A stretch of 64,000 nt of DNA from Eledone cirrhosa (GCA_964016885.1 OZ024748.1:46562001-46626000); one strand, 5' to 3'. Shown: positions 48,050-62,985, numbered from the stretch's first letter. Translations and numbers: made by a program. The notes: a model not told the origin generated them from the sequence alone.

Positions 48050-49180
48050 AGTAAAATAACGGAGCAAAGGACTAGCGTATAATCCTGTAATTAATTGTTT
48101 TTCCTATGCCTCTATTAGCTTATATTCTCTTCACGCTGGTGGTTTAAATTCCTGTAAAGAAAAACACACTCTTCTGTGGCTTTCCCTTCTATATATTGTA
48201 TAATATATATATATATAAATCTATACATCCATGCTTATGTCTTTATGTATATATATATTTATTTGCATGTTTTGGGGAGGATGATTATTATAATTTTCTT
48301 CATATATATCTATTCAGATAGATGTCAAATATTAAAATATTTATGGTGAAATGAAGATATTAGAGGTACAAATCTCGCTGCTAGAAAAATTAATGGCCAA
48401 CGGAAGACGACGGCACTAGCGACAATTATATGGAGTTAATGTCAGACGATATTAATATAAATCAGACAAAAACAGAAGAAGATAGTTATATAAATCATAT
48501 TCTGCTCTTAGGTATAGAATGTCTATCACCTGCTGTGATATTTATACTTCAAAGCAAATGATACTTTTATTCACTTGGCTTTATAAAATGGCGGTTTAAA
48601 AAGGTCTAGGATCCGGAGTATTTTAATGACAGTTTTCTCTGCATTTGGTGCTTTCTGACGGCCATCATGAAATGGAGCATTCTTTCCCCCCGTAGGGTAT
48701 TCTATTTCGTCTGCATTTCCTGGTTTTATACTAATTATTTCCGAATTTTGGTAACTAACTTTCTGTATCTTGTTCTGTATAAACATTTCAACTATCTCTG
48801 CTGAAATCAATATCAGAACCTGTGCTGTGTTTACCATTATGCTTAGGTGTGCTTAACGAAAGGGCTCCGTTGGCGGGGGTGGGGGGCATCTTCCTGATCC
48901 CAAAATGTTTACCTCATTCAAGGCCCAAATAAGAGGCCACATAACTTAACCAGCACAGGGCCTCATTTGTACTAAATTCAGCACTGATCAGAATACATCA
49001 TACTCGGGTGATATTTATACACAATTTAAATGATTTCAGACATGTATTTTCAAGTGGCATATTAAATTATCGTTAAATATGTAGAGTTGTGTTTTGAAAT
49101 GTCGAAGTAAGTGTCTTCATTTATCTTGCACTACCTAAATTAAGAATGGAAGTAGTTGTCAGGAAAAAATAGAACATTGC

Positions 49181-49307
<127 letters not shown>

Positions 49308-49309
49308 AT

Positions 49310-49354
<45 letters not shown>

Positions 49355-49543
49355 ATATATATATATGTATGTATAAAGTGAGATAGAGAATATAATATAG
49401 TATGTATGTATATTTGTGTACATGTGCATATACGAGTATGGTTGTGAATATCATTTTACATATATATTATTATACAACCACACATAAATATATGTATGTG
49501 TACAGGTATTCGCCTAAGCACGTATTCACATAAACACACACAT

Positions 49544-49586
<43 letters not shown>

Positions 49587-50049
49587 GGGAGAGTAAGAGA
49601 GGGAGGGAGGGGGTAAGACGGAGGGAGCGAGCAAGAAAGAGAGAGAAAGGGTAGAAGCAGTGAGAGAGAGATGGGCGATGTAGTAGGGGAGAAAAAGGTA
49701 TAGCAAGGCAGAGAGAGAGAGAGAGAGAGCGAGCGAGAGAGAGAGAGAGCGAGAGAGAGAGAGCGAGAGAGGGCGACAGAGAGAGATAAAGAAAACGGTC
49801 ATCTTCCGAAAGGAACATTTTGATATTGATTATATTGTTGCTTTTGTTGTTATTTTCTGTCGATTTAATTAAAAGATGTTAATCAAATAATCAAATAATG
49901 TTTGATGTCACAGCTACATCAATGACCTGCTGGAAAACTTAATAGAAAAACTACTTCGACATGGCCGAAATATCAACAGAATCTCATTTGGAAAAGATCA
50001 GCTTACAAATTTCCTTCGGCGATTTCTACGTATAACTGATTTTGTATGT

Positions 50050-50082
50050 GTATATACGTGTGTGTGTGTGTGTGCGTGTGCG

Positions 50083-50162
<80 letters not shown>

Positions 50163-50308
50163 GATGTGTGTGTGTGTATGTGTGTATATGTATATATATA
50201 TAATGATATACTTATATGTGTATATATATATATCTTTCTCTCAGTCTCAGTATATATACAAATTTCTAAAGAGAGATATACAAGTATATATAAGTATATA
50301 TACATAGG

Positions 50309-50344
<36 letters not shown>

Positions 50345-50359
50345 TGAGCATATATGTAT

Positions 50360-50457
<98 letters not shown>

Positions 50458-50548
50458 GTATATATATGAACATATATGTATTTATATATATATATATATA
50501 CATATATGTTCATATATAGACAGATATATATATATATATGTTCCTCTA

Positions 50549-50630
<82 letters not shown>

Positions 50631-50715
50631 TGTTCATATATATACAGATATATATTTCTATATATCTGTATATATCTGTATATATATGAACATATATGTA
50701 CTGATATGTATATAC

Positions 50716-50770
<55 letters not shown>

Positions 50771-50837
50771 AATATATATATATCTGTATATATATGAACA
50801 TGTATATATATATATATATATCTGTATATATATGAAC

Positions 50838-50901
<64 letters not shown>

Positions 50902-50913
50902 ATATATATGAAC

Positions 50914-50956
<43 letters not shown>

Positions 50957-51062
50957 TATATATATATATATAATTTATATATATATATATATAAATATAT
51001 CTGTATATATATATATCTGTATATATATATCTGTATATATATATATCTGTATATATATGAAC

Positions 51063-51127
<65 letters not shown>

Positions 51128-51162
51128 TAGTAATAATAATAAATTTGAAGACTAATTAATAA

Positions 51163-51244
<82 letters not shown>

Positions 51245-51401
51245 ATATATATATATAAATAAATATATATATATATAAATATATATATATTTATTGGCAA
51301 ACCCCAAAGTATAACAATATATGTATATATATGAGCATATATATATATTATATATATATATATATATATGTGTGTATACATATATATGAGCATATATGCA
51401 T

Positions 51402-51484
<83 letters not shown>

Positions 51485-51510
51485 TATACAAATATATACA
51501 CAAATATTTA
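50050..51510. repeat. Compound (TG)n/(TA)n microsatellite
   Basis: Direct reading. Confidence 0.95.
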
Positions 51511-51805
51511 CACACACATACATAGATACATGTTTGTCGGAATATTTTAGCTGACATGTTATTCTATTTTTAATAAGCTTGTAGTTATAAAATTGGATAG
51601 TGACTTTTGTCTATTTGCATATGTGTGTATTTGAATGTGTGTGTTCGTGTGTGTGTGTGATAGTAATTGGGTGTATGTGTGAGCGATGGCGTGTGTGTGT
51701 GTGTGTGTGTGTGTTCGTGTGTGTGATAGCAACGTGTGTGTGTGTCTTTTCGTGTGTTTGTTCGTATGTGTGTGATATAGCAATTGGGTGTATGTGTGAG
51801 CGCTG

Positions 51806-51838
<33 letters not shown>

Positions 51839-52513
51839 CGAGTGTGTGATAGCAGCGTGTGTGTGTGTATATTCGTGTGTGTGTGTTCGTGTGTGTGTCT
51901 GTCTTTTCGTGTGCCTGTTAGTGTGTGTGTTCGTGTGTGTGTGTGCGTGTGTATGTTCGTGTGTGTGTGTTCGTGTGTGTGTCTGTATGTGTTAGTATAC
52001 AAACAGCGTTGTGAGAATGGTGAAGACAAATGAAAAATGGCGCCGTACTCCATGTTTTTATAAAAAGCACTCTTTAGTTTAATGATGTTAAAAGTAACGC
52101 CATTATGATATATCTGATCATCGTGTGGCATGGATGAAGCACACGCACACACACTTGTATGCACACACACACACACACTTGTACACACACACACAGACAC
52201 CCGTACACACACACATACACTCGTACACACACACACACGCATACTCGTACACACACACACACGTATTCATACACACACACACACATACACTCATACAAAC
52301 ACACTCGTAGACACATGTCGGCATATCGTGTGGCATGGATGAATCACACACATACACAAATACACTCGTAAACACACACACACACACACACACTCGTTTT
52401 CACACACACACGCAGACGCACAGTCGTATAAACATGCTGGCATAAGCATAAATTTGGGAAATATCTACATCTCCCTCCCTTCTTCTATCTCCAACCCAAC
52501 TGTACACACACAG

Positions 52514-52596
<83 letters not shown>

Positions 52597-52704
52597 CGGA
52601 ATTACATTATTTAAAGTGTTTCTTCATATCTATACAAATTAAACAGATTTAATTTATTTCTCCATCTCTCTCCATGTGAGTGTGAATGGGTATATATACA
52701 CACA

Positions 52705-52743
<39 letters not shown>

Positions 52744-52771
52744 TATATATACACACACACATCTATATATA

Positions 52772-53162
52772 CGAGGGTAATCCCAAAAGTAAGGTCTCCA
52801 AAGCGATGAGAACGCAGAGAAACTGTTCGTACGGCTGTTGGCAACACTGTTGTGATGGTGCTTCCTTCACTCCCAAACAAGCATGGGCGCGCTTCGCTGG
52901 GATGCTCAATCTTGGCTTGGCAGCCGTTGAGAATGGAGCTCCCGTTGAACGCTACTGACAAGTGCGAATTTCGCGCAGTTATTATATACGAGGGAAATCC
53001 CATATAAGGTCTCCTTCCGAGGAAAACATGCGTAAAGACCGGCGGATCACTCTGGATGCTCTCTGCATTTCGGTTCCTGAGGTTTCCCGAAGCACCATCC
53101 ACAGGATTTTAACGGAAAAGTTGCAATATCGGAAGGAGTCCTTACTTTTGGGATTGCCCTCG
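52772..53162 (+). mobile_element. Internally deleted mariner element / MITE
   Basis: 28-bp TIRs CGAGGGTAATCCCAAAAGTAAGGTCTCC / GGAGTCCTTACTTTTGGGATTGCCCTCG, TA flanks; transposase remnants KCEFRAVI and DRRITLD...VSRSTIHRILTEKLQYRK. Confidence 0.92.
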
Positions 53163-53196
<34 letters not shown>

Positions 53197-53400
53197 TTAT
53201 ATGTACACATATACATTATATATACACATATATATACATATATACATTATATATACACACAACTAAATGTATATATATATATATATATATATACCCACGT
53301 TCAGATAAAAATACATTTCATTATATATATATCAACACATAAAAAGACATATTTATACATATGCATATATATGTGTGCAAGTGTATATGTTTATGCTTGA

Positions 53401-53434
<34 letters not shown>

Positions 53435-53847
53435 ATGTATGTGTGTCTGTGTGTGTTTGTGTGTGTATGTGTGTAATTATTTCTGCGTTGTATATACACT
53501 CTCGGACAAACCAACATTTATCATTCTGTTGAATATATCTCGATAATTTTTAACGATGAAAAAAAATTAATGAATAAAACAGAAAATGCATACCAAAAAT
53601 AAATAACAAACAAATAACTACACAAAGAAGAAGACAACGATGAAGACAAAGAAGAAGAGAAAGAAGAAGATGCCAGAAGAAGATGCAGGAATCTTGGAAA
53701 GCAATAAATAAAAAGAACAATGTAATATATGGCGGAACTGTACGATGAGACTTGGAATTACAACACGTTGTTTCTGAGTGTGGAATTTATAGGAATTGTA
53801 TATAAATCTAGTGGAATACATACATATATATACATACATACATACAC

Positions 53848-53955
<108 letters not shown>

Positions 53956-54329
53956 GTGTACGTATTTGGAAGAAAAACAAACACACTATGGTATAAAAAG
54001 AAAAACACCGAATGTTTATTCATGAAATATGTCAGCATCGTTTGGCTTTCATATATATGCATATATATATATGCATATATGTATATATATATACATATAT
54101 ACATATACATATATGCATATATATATAGATATATACATATACATATAGATATAGGCATATACATATATACATATATACATATACATATACATATGTATAT
54201 GGTTGTGGCCAATATGAAAATATACACTATATATTCAATAACAATAAACATATAGGTACCCTTGTTGCTACCAATATACACACGCTCTCACAAACATACG
54301 TATGTATGTATGCATACATACATAAATAA

Positions 54330-54423
<94 letters not shown>

Positions 54424-54816
54424 AGAGATATAAACTCAAAACAGTCTTTTACAATTAAATAGCTCAAAGAAAGGAATATTTCTGTGCCGTGTAATACAAA
54501 TGAATATATGATAGGGATAAACACTGATACTATTATACATGTTTTTGCATTGTAAATGACCAAGTCAGCTAGATTGAAAAATACTAATTAAAATAATACG
54601 GTTTGCCTGTCTCGATTTAAAATAATAAATCAATAAAAACAAACCTATATTGGCAATAGCCGTGATACCTGGACAATTTAAAATTTTAAATTTGTTTCGC
54701 AACTATTAAGTGAAAGTTCCTATTCGTGTGCTCTTCTGCAGATATCCAGAATATATATATATATATGTGTTTGTGTTTGTATGTTATTTAGATGTGGATC
54801 ACGCATGTAAACTCAC

Positions 54817-54870
54817 ATATCTGGGGAGATGTCGAAGAATCGGTCTTCGATCGCTTTGATCACACCCGAA
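54817..54870 (-). CDS. Candidate 54-nt exon (e.g. [17 protein letters not shown]), gene unknown
   Basis: Acceptor ...atcgatcag, perfect donor gtgagt, CpG-rich island, open frames. Confidence 0.35.
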
Positions 54871-54962
54871 CTGATCGATATTGAAATAATTGTAATATGC
54901 AAATAAACTTTCCACACAAGTTGCAAATCTGACTTCAATTATTTTAATTACACACAGCCAAA

Positions 54963-55044
<82 letters not shown>

Positions 55045-55071
55045 ATATATATATACATATATATATATACA

Positions 55072-55441
55072 ATAAGGAGTTGACGGACCCAGCATATTTA
55101 TCAATGCCAGGACCGGTTGTATCTCAGAGTACTCAATAGGTAATGTAAGATACATTCCCAGAATATACACATAGTTATTCGCTTCAATACAACACACGTA
55201 AAATGGGTGCCCATAATAGTTCCAGAACTCGAGTTTCGGCCACACTTAATGCAGCAGTAGGGTGCACTGCACCCTCTGTCTGCATATATTAAGCAACAAT
55301 GCATAATCGGTGCATGTGGCTTCATCAGCGGGTAACGCCTAATCAATACCCAATCAATCGACAGAATCCAAACCCCAGCCCATGCCGCCTATGATTGTTT
55401 GTGACGGCCGACACAGTAAAGTGATTAGCAACTGGAATCTG

Positions 55442-55442
<1 letters not shown>
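55072..55442 (-). mobile_element. pLTR-like insert between (TA)n tracts carrying an HHR motif with a very long helix II (55219-55336)
   Basis: Minus strand: CTGATGA-A-GCCACA...TGTGGC-C-GAAA-CTCGAG-TT; nested hairpin AGGGTGCA/TGCACCCT; helix I imperfect. Confidence 0.65.
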
Positions 55443-55494
<52 letters not shown>

Positions 55495-55501
<7 letters not shown>

Positions 55502-55617
55502 GTTAGAATATGTGTAATAAGGCCAAGACAATGCGCATTGTCTTGGCCTTATTACACATATTCTAACGTTTATACCTCATTACACAATGCTTCAAGTGAA
55601 CTATAACCTCCTCCCAT
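55495..55617. mobile_element. Perfect loopless 80-bp palindrome plus tail, in (TA)n
   Basis: 55495-55534 / 55535-55574; centre ACAATGCGCATTGT-C resembles HHR helix III plus GUC. Confidence 0.75.
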
Positions 55618-56420
55618 ATATATATATATATATATATGTGTATATATATTGACTTATTTCCTCTTTAAGTATCTCGATCTCCTTATCGAGTCCCATCCGA
55701 AGTTTCCAGAATCAACTCTAGAACGACTCCTAAATCGAATAAACTCCCAACAAGGACACACTCCATTACTGTTCTGGAGCCACAACTCTCAGTTTTTTTT
55801 GCACTACTACATGTTGCATATATTGTACCAATCCGAGAAAGACCAATTATTCTGCTGCCACCGCTGAAACCCTTTGTTAACCAACTTTCTGACCCTGACG
55901 CCTGATGTGCATCAACGTTCAACTTAGCTCAAACTAACGATGTGTATAAGCAGGGTAGAAAATCCTCACACTTGGAACAACTTAACAAAAGGATATTAAT
56001 GCCCCAAAATAACGTATATGCTATATGAATGTCTCTACCTCAACTGACACTAAACTTATTCTAACAGCGCAGACACCAGAATAATGCAAACTTTGATCGG
56101 GTTAGGGCAGAATAAATAGTCCCTGTAGCGATTTTCCTTACGTCTGTTAAAAGACGACATTTCATGCTTGGTAAGCAATGGTAAAAGCTCTTAAAGCGCC
56201 ATTTCACGAGATCCTTCATTTCAAATTTCATTTATGTTTTGAACGCATCTGGTTCTACTGATGGCCACGAAAACGTTTGGTAACAGAAAATTAAGTGGAA
56301 GTGTCAATATATATATATTTTCAACACCCACACACGCCCATCCAAACACATACATCCACGCACAAATTATTTATTTATATAATCCAATATCCACATATAT
56401 ATACATATACGTTTGTGTGA

Positions 56421-56478
<58 letters not shown>

Positions 56479-56567
56479 TGGCGATACGTTATAACGAGGG
56501 GACATCAATCATATATATATATACATATATTATATTCCTATATCCACACACACACACACACACACAC

Positions 56568-56603
<36 letters not shown>

Positions 56604-56646
56604 CTATATCCACACATACACACACACACACATATATATATATAAT

Positions 56647-56689
<43 letters not shown>

Positions 56690-57047
56690 GTGTGTGTGTG
56701 TGTATGTGAAAAGAACGACTTCTTCTCAACATTAAATCACGTCCTAACAATTGCGAATTATTGCAGCAGATATGTAAAACAAAATGGCGGAAGTATGTGA
56801 TAGAATGAAGTGAGAGAGATTGTGGGAAGAGTTTGAAATATATGGAAGCGGGAAGGGAAGGAGGGATTTAGGGTTTATATAGGCTGAGAGGGAGAATATA
56901 GAGGAAGATGGAAGTGTAGAAGAAGAAGCGAAGACATGAACGTTTTGAAAGTAATTGAATAGTTTGTAACGTATTTCAATGTATGAGAGTTTGGTTTAAT
57001 TTATTTGATCAATTGCAGACGTTTGGGTCGTAAAGTAGGAGAAGGGC

Positions 57048-57137
<90 letters not shown>

Positions 57138-57795
57138 AGAATGAGCAGGAGAGTGAAAGAGAGAAGGGGTGAGAGAGAGAGGAGGGGGGAGAGAGAGAGG
57201 AGGGTGATAGAGAGGGAGTGTGAGGGAGCGGGCGTGTGAGAGAGATATAGTGTGAAAGAGAGTGAGAGGCGGAGAGAAAGTGAAAGAGAATAAATACTAG
57301 AGAGTAAAGGAGGAGAATAATAGAAATAATTCATATACATCTATATGCACTCTGAAATTAACTCATTCATTATATACATATATACAAACATATATACCTA
57401 CATACATACATACATTAATGCATATATACAAACATACATATATACACACATACATACCTACATTAAGGCATACATACATACAAACAAATATACATATATA
57501 CATACATACATACATAAACATATTCAAACGTTGAAACACTTTCTATTTCTCCCTATATATTAAGAATCCTTTCTGTCTTAGGAAAGAAAGTTTCCAGTAA
57601 TGCATGTGTAATGTAAATATATGTGAAACTGGACAAATAATTGTACGTGTGCCTGTGTTTGATTGTACAGGAGCTGAGAGAGAAAGAACAACTTTAACTA
57701 CACTGACTATGAAACAATTAGTTCCAAAAATTCGAACTATATATATATATATATGTGTGTGTGTGTACATATATAAAGAGATAGATAGATAGATG

Positions 57796-57851
<56 letters not shown>

Positions 57852-58014
57852 TAGTTATAAAGACATGTGTATGTGAGTTTTTCTGAGAGTGTCACATACA
57901 TTTAGGCATAGAAACACATACTACAAACACACTCCTGTTGAAACAAGATAACTTCCTTCATCTCTATCGACATAATCATCATCATCATCATCATTACGTA
58001 TATCATACCTGTTA

Positions 58015-58537
58015 CCTCCACACCGCGCCACAAACATTACCATCACAACTGTCACCACTACACACCATTACAACCACCACGATTTCACGACCACCATCAC
58101 AACTGTAACCACCACCATACACAACCATCATCACCACCACCAGCACCACTGCAATCATCACAACCACCAACACTGCCACTATCTCAACCACGACCGCCAC
58201 TACAATTATCACAACCTCCACCACCACTATTACAACCACCACCGCCACCACACGTCCACCATCACAACCACCACCACCACCACCACTACAACCATTACAA
58301 TCACCACTACACCGCAAACACTACAACCACCACCGCCACCACCACACGTTCACCATCACAACCACCACCACCACCACTATACGTCCACCATCACAACCAC
58401 CACCACTACACTCATCACAATCGACACCACCACTACACCTCCACTATCACAACCACCACCACCACCATCACAATCATCACAACCACCACCACCACCACCA
58501 CCATCACAATCATCACAATCACCACCACCACCACCAA
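58015..58537. repeat. Degenerate (ACC)n repeat
   Basis: Direct reading. Confidence 0.9.
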
Positions 58538-58693
58538 TCTATAAATACTATTCTAGTTGGTTCCAAGACCAGAAGACAAAGCCACACAATTTTGCTCTTC
58601 TAAATCCAACTTTATTTTTACCTATTCTAAATGTCTCTCTCTCTCTCTCAAACACACACACACACGCACATATATATATATATATATATATAT

Positions 58694-58960
58694 ACTAGCA
58701 GAGGTACCCGGCGTTGCTCGGATATTAAATAGCAGTTGTGTATACCATTCATATCAATACTTCAGTGCTGCTTCGAAAACTATACTTTTACAAAATCATC
58801 CGCTTTTTCCAAAAGGAGGTGCCTGCCCCTAAGGATCTCCTACCCAATATGTGCCAATTCTGAGAGGTCACATTCATCTGTAGGACAAACGTAGCCCATG
58901 TGTCAAGTTTTGAGAAAATCGGTTGCGAACTCCAAAAGTTATGACGTTTTGTTGCATTGC
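58694..58960 (+). mobile_element. Helentron/HINE-like non-autonomous element end
   Basis: ACTAGCAGAGGTACCCGGCGTTGCTCGG terminal hairpin and TGTGTCAAGTTTTGAGAAAATCGG block; family assignment from recall. Confidence 0.55.
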
Positions 58961-59250
58961 AATGCAATGCTTCAGTCGACTCCAATAAAAACATAAGACA
59001 ATTATTCCATTTACCAAAGGTTTCACGAAGACGGACGAGCTCAACACAGACGTCTGAAATCGCTAATCAGAATGAACCTCTATGATTCTCTATCTCTCGC
59101 TGTCTGCTGGTGCACAAACACAAGCATACATGTTCATATGCACTCACAAGTGTACCTGTCTCTGACTATGTGCTATTGAACGTGTAGCCGTACATATGTG
59201 TGATGTGTGCATATATATGTATATGTTAGAATGCTTGTGTGTGTGTGTGA

Positions 59251-59297
<47 letters not shown>

Positions 59298-59501
59298 AGT
59301 TGGCATGTTATATATATATATACAATATAAATATATATATACAAATATAATTTCACCGAGATCGTATTTCGGGTGTGGTCAAAAACAAAGCGAAACGCAA
59401 TTTTCGAGATATGCGGCAAGCGCTCAATGGACTAAAAGAAGACCAGAGCAATCAAACATACGTTATAAAGGCCAGACAAACTGAAAACGGCGGCCATGAA
59501 G

Positions 59502-59538
<37 letters not shown>

Positions 59539-59544
<6 letters not shown>

Positions 59545-60158
59545 TAACAGATTTTAAAAATAAATATTTTAATAAAATAAATAAAATAAAATTTAATAAA
59601 ATAAAATAAAATAAATATTTTAATAAATATTAAAATAACAGATTTTAAAAATAAATATTTGCTCTACGGTTCTTATATATTTTATATATATTTATCCTTA
59701 TCGAGCCCTCCTTGTATTTTAGTCTTCAAATTTATTATTATTACTATATATATATATAAAGGCCAGACAAACTGAAAACGGCGGAGCCAAAAAAACGAAG
59801 CAAGCTAAAGAGGTTAAACATATATATTGTATATTGTTTCTGTTGACCTGTTTAGCTTGCTTCGTTTTTTTGGCACCAGTGGCTGATAGCTTCATGACCG
59901 CCGTTTCCAGTTTGTCTGGCCTTTATATATATATATAGTAATAATAATAAATTTGAAGACTAAAATACAAAGAGGGCTCGATAAGGATAAATATATATCA
60001 AAGATACAAGAACCGTAGAGCAAATATTTATTTTTAAAATCTGTTTTTTTTAATATTTATTAGAATATTTATTTTATTTTATTTTATTAAATTTTATTTT
60101 ATTTATTTTATTTTATTTATTTTATTAAAATATTTATTTTTAAAATCTGTTATTTTAA
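59539..60158. repeat. ~620-bp composite palindrome of AT-rich dispersed repeats
   Basis: ttaaaataacagattttaaaaataaatat.. mirrored at 60158; aaaggccagacaaactg mirrored at ~59910; related pieces at 29563-29670, 47605 and 51128. Confidence 0.85.
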
Positions 60159-60192
60159 TATATATATATATAAATATATATATAGATATATA

Positions 60193-62055
60193 TGAAAAAG
60201 AACACAAGAGCGTCTACAACATCAAAAGATTTTTATTGGCTAACAATGTTTCTTCCTTACGTGTAACCGTAGGATTCATCAGAGCTATAAAAGGGGTTTG
60301 ATTGGTGTTATGGACTCTACCAACCAAGCACCCAAGAACAAAGAGTAAAGAGAGTAAAGAGCAAAAGTAGGGGACGATAAGTCTAATTTTGGTGCGGGAG
60401 GGTGGGGTGTTGGTCCTTGTTTACTAGCTGCGGTCATCGGGGGTCGGGTGGTTAGCTGAACCATAGATGGGGTGGCGTGGATAGTATGGTGCAGAGGGTG
60501 CGCAGAGGCTACACAAACACAAAGGGCGTAGAATACATATACACATATAGCGGAGGAGACGGTACATGAGGTAATTAGAAATGGAAAAAGAGTAATAATA
60601 ATAATCTATAATTAATAGTGTATAATAAGGCATGGGGAAGATTACACTATAATAAGGTATAAAGGTAAGAATAAGGTAAAATATAAAGGAGGATAAAAGT
60701 GGAAATAATAATAAAGATAAAAAATATATAGAGAATATATAAGGAAATATAAGCGAATATTTGGAGGGGAAAACACAATGTAAAAAAAACGATTTTTTTC
60801 AAACAATAATAAAAAATAATAAAAATATAATAATTATGGGGGGAGAAAACAGGATAGAGAAATATGATCAAGTGTGATTCGTTGAGAGAATATAGGATGA
60901 TAACAGTTGTGTCCGGTTTATACATCTTAATAATAAATAATAAACAATATGTGTATCAGAGTTGCAGAACGTTCAATTCACTTACGGGTTCAAGCCACGT
61001 GGCATGGTCCATTGTTTATCTGTGCGGTCATGTGCGTTTGTTTTTGACACCACAGCAGATGCACAAGTTTGTAAATTCCAATGCAGATAGAAGTCAATTT
61101 TTGCTCACCCGGACATTGACCGAGGATCCAATATTCCTAGTTCAATATGTGTTTGGTGTTATTTTGTTCGCACAAATCAATTTGTGCGAACAAAATAACA
61201 CCAAACACAAACGCACATGACCGCACAGATAAACAATGGACCATGCCACGTGGCTTGAACCCGTAAGTGAATTGAAGGTTCTGCAACTCTGATACACATA
61301 TTGTTTATTATTTATTATTAAGATGTATAAACCGGACACAACTGTTATCATCCTATATTCTCTCAACGAATCACACTTGATCATATTTCTCTATCCTGTT
61401 TTCTCCCCCCATAATTATTATATTTTTATTATTTTTTATTATTGTTTGAAAAAAATCGTTTTTTTTACATTGTGTTTTCCCCTCCAAATATTCGCTTATA
61501 TTTCCTTATATATTCTCTATATATTTTTTATCTTTATTATTATTTCCACTTTTATCCTCCTTTATATTTTACCTTATTCTTACCTTTATACCTTATTATA
61601 GTGTAATCTTCCCCATGCCCTATTATACACTATTAATTATAGATTATTATTATTACTCTTTTTCCATTTCTAATTACCTCATGTACCTTCTCCTCCGCTA
61701 TATGTGTATATGTATTCTACGCCCTTTGTGTTTGTGTAGCCTCTGCGCACCCTCTGCACCATACTATCTACGCCACCCCATCTATGGTTCAGCTAACCAC
61801 CCGACCCCCGATGACCGCAGCTAGTAAACAAGGACCAACACCCCACCCTCCCGCACCAAAATTAGACTTATCGTCCCCTACTTTTGCTCTTTACTCTCTT
61901 TACTCTTTGTTCTTGGGTGTTTGGTTGGTAGAGTCCAAAACACCAATCAAACCCCTTTTATAGCTCTGATGAATCCTACGGTTACACGTAAGGAAGAAAC
62001 ATTGTTAGCCAATAAAAATCTTTTGATGTTGTAGACGCTCTTGTGTTCTTTTTCA
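60193..62055. mobile_element. Large fold-back element with ~854-bp near-identical arms (60193-61046 / 61202-62055) and terminal HHR motifs; probably PLE-derived
   Basis: Mirror ORFs in the track on both strands; TA flanks; nested 30-bp hairpin 61148-61209. Confidence 0.85.
61956..62017 (+). ncRNA. Minimal type I hammerhead motif (mirror at 60231-60292 on minus strand)
   Basis: GCT-CTGATGA-A-TCCTACG/CGT(A)AGGA-A-GAAA-CATTG-TT-AGC, followed by AATAAA. Confidence 0.62.
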
Positions 62056-62162
62056 TATATACGGCTTTGCTCCAAAGCATAGAGCTAATTATTATGCTGC
62101 CAATACCTTAACGGGACACGGGTATATAATACCTAACTCCTACTAACCTAAGTATATAGATA

Positions 62163-62220
<58 letters not shown>

Positions 62221-62366
62221 CATGCCACTTGTGTGTGTATTTATATATATTTTTTATGTACATATGTGAATGTGTGTATGTACGTGCAAGTAAGTGTGTA
62301 GTGTGAACTGCAAACTCTAGCACCTAATGCAGTGAAGAGGTTTGGTGAAGGAATATAATAATATGT

Positions 62367-62426
<60 letters not shown>

Positions 62427-62754
62427 AATAATACAAATAGTGAAAAACAATGAAATTAAACAAAATACGGGATTCATAGTAAAACACATTATTTTACGAT
62501 CGTTTCTGGGGGGTAGTTATCCCTATGTTCATTCTATTAGTGATATATGTAAAATATATTACAAATTATCAAAGTTGATCACTAATAGAATGAACATACT
62601 GAGAACTATGTATTACTTGTATTATTTTGACTCTGCTTCTAATGAATTATATCGCTGACATTTTGTATTTTAAACTTTGCTTCACGACATCTACATATGG
62701 ATTACATTGAGTTCTCATACCGCTTGGACCCTACCATTAATTGGTGGATTTATC

Positions 62755-62789
<35 letters not shown>

Positions 62790-62798
62790 ATAATATTA

Positions 62799-62985
62799 AT
62801 TGTTTCTACTTTAGGCACAAGGCCAGCAATTACCCAGTGCATTACTGGTACTTTATTTTATCGACCCCGTAAGGATGAAAGGCAAAGTCAACCTCGGCGG
62901 GATTTGAACTCAGATCGTAAAGGGACGTAACTATGCTGGAAAGCATGGCGTCAAACCCTCTACCGATACTGCCAATCCACCACCC
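62799..62985 (-). mobile_element. tRNA-derived SINE, near full length
   Basis: Reverse complement of the SINE with A and B boxes. Confidence 0.92.

Noticed and set aside
48571-48837. 88-aa minus ORF, or decayed GPCR TM6-7 on the plus strand
   Set aside because: Weak donor, no recognisable family; the plus-strand resemblance is interrupted by several stops
49916-50031. YINDLLENL as an RT motif or plus-strand exon
   Set aside because: No downstream YADD and a weak donor; cannot be supported
59355-59505. Frame KRNFRDMRQALNGLKED as a PLE RT N-terminal motif
   Set aside because: Expected ADKG motif absent; similarity too weak
60424-61824. Duplicated ORF pairs as genes
   Set aside because: Low-complexity hydrophobic translations mirrored by the inverted repeat; no recognisable motif
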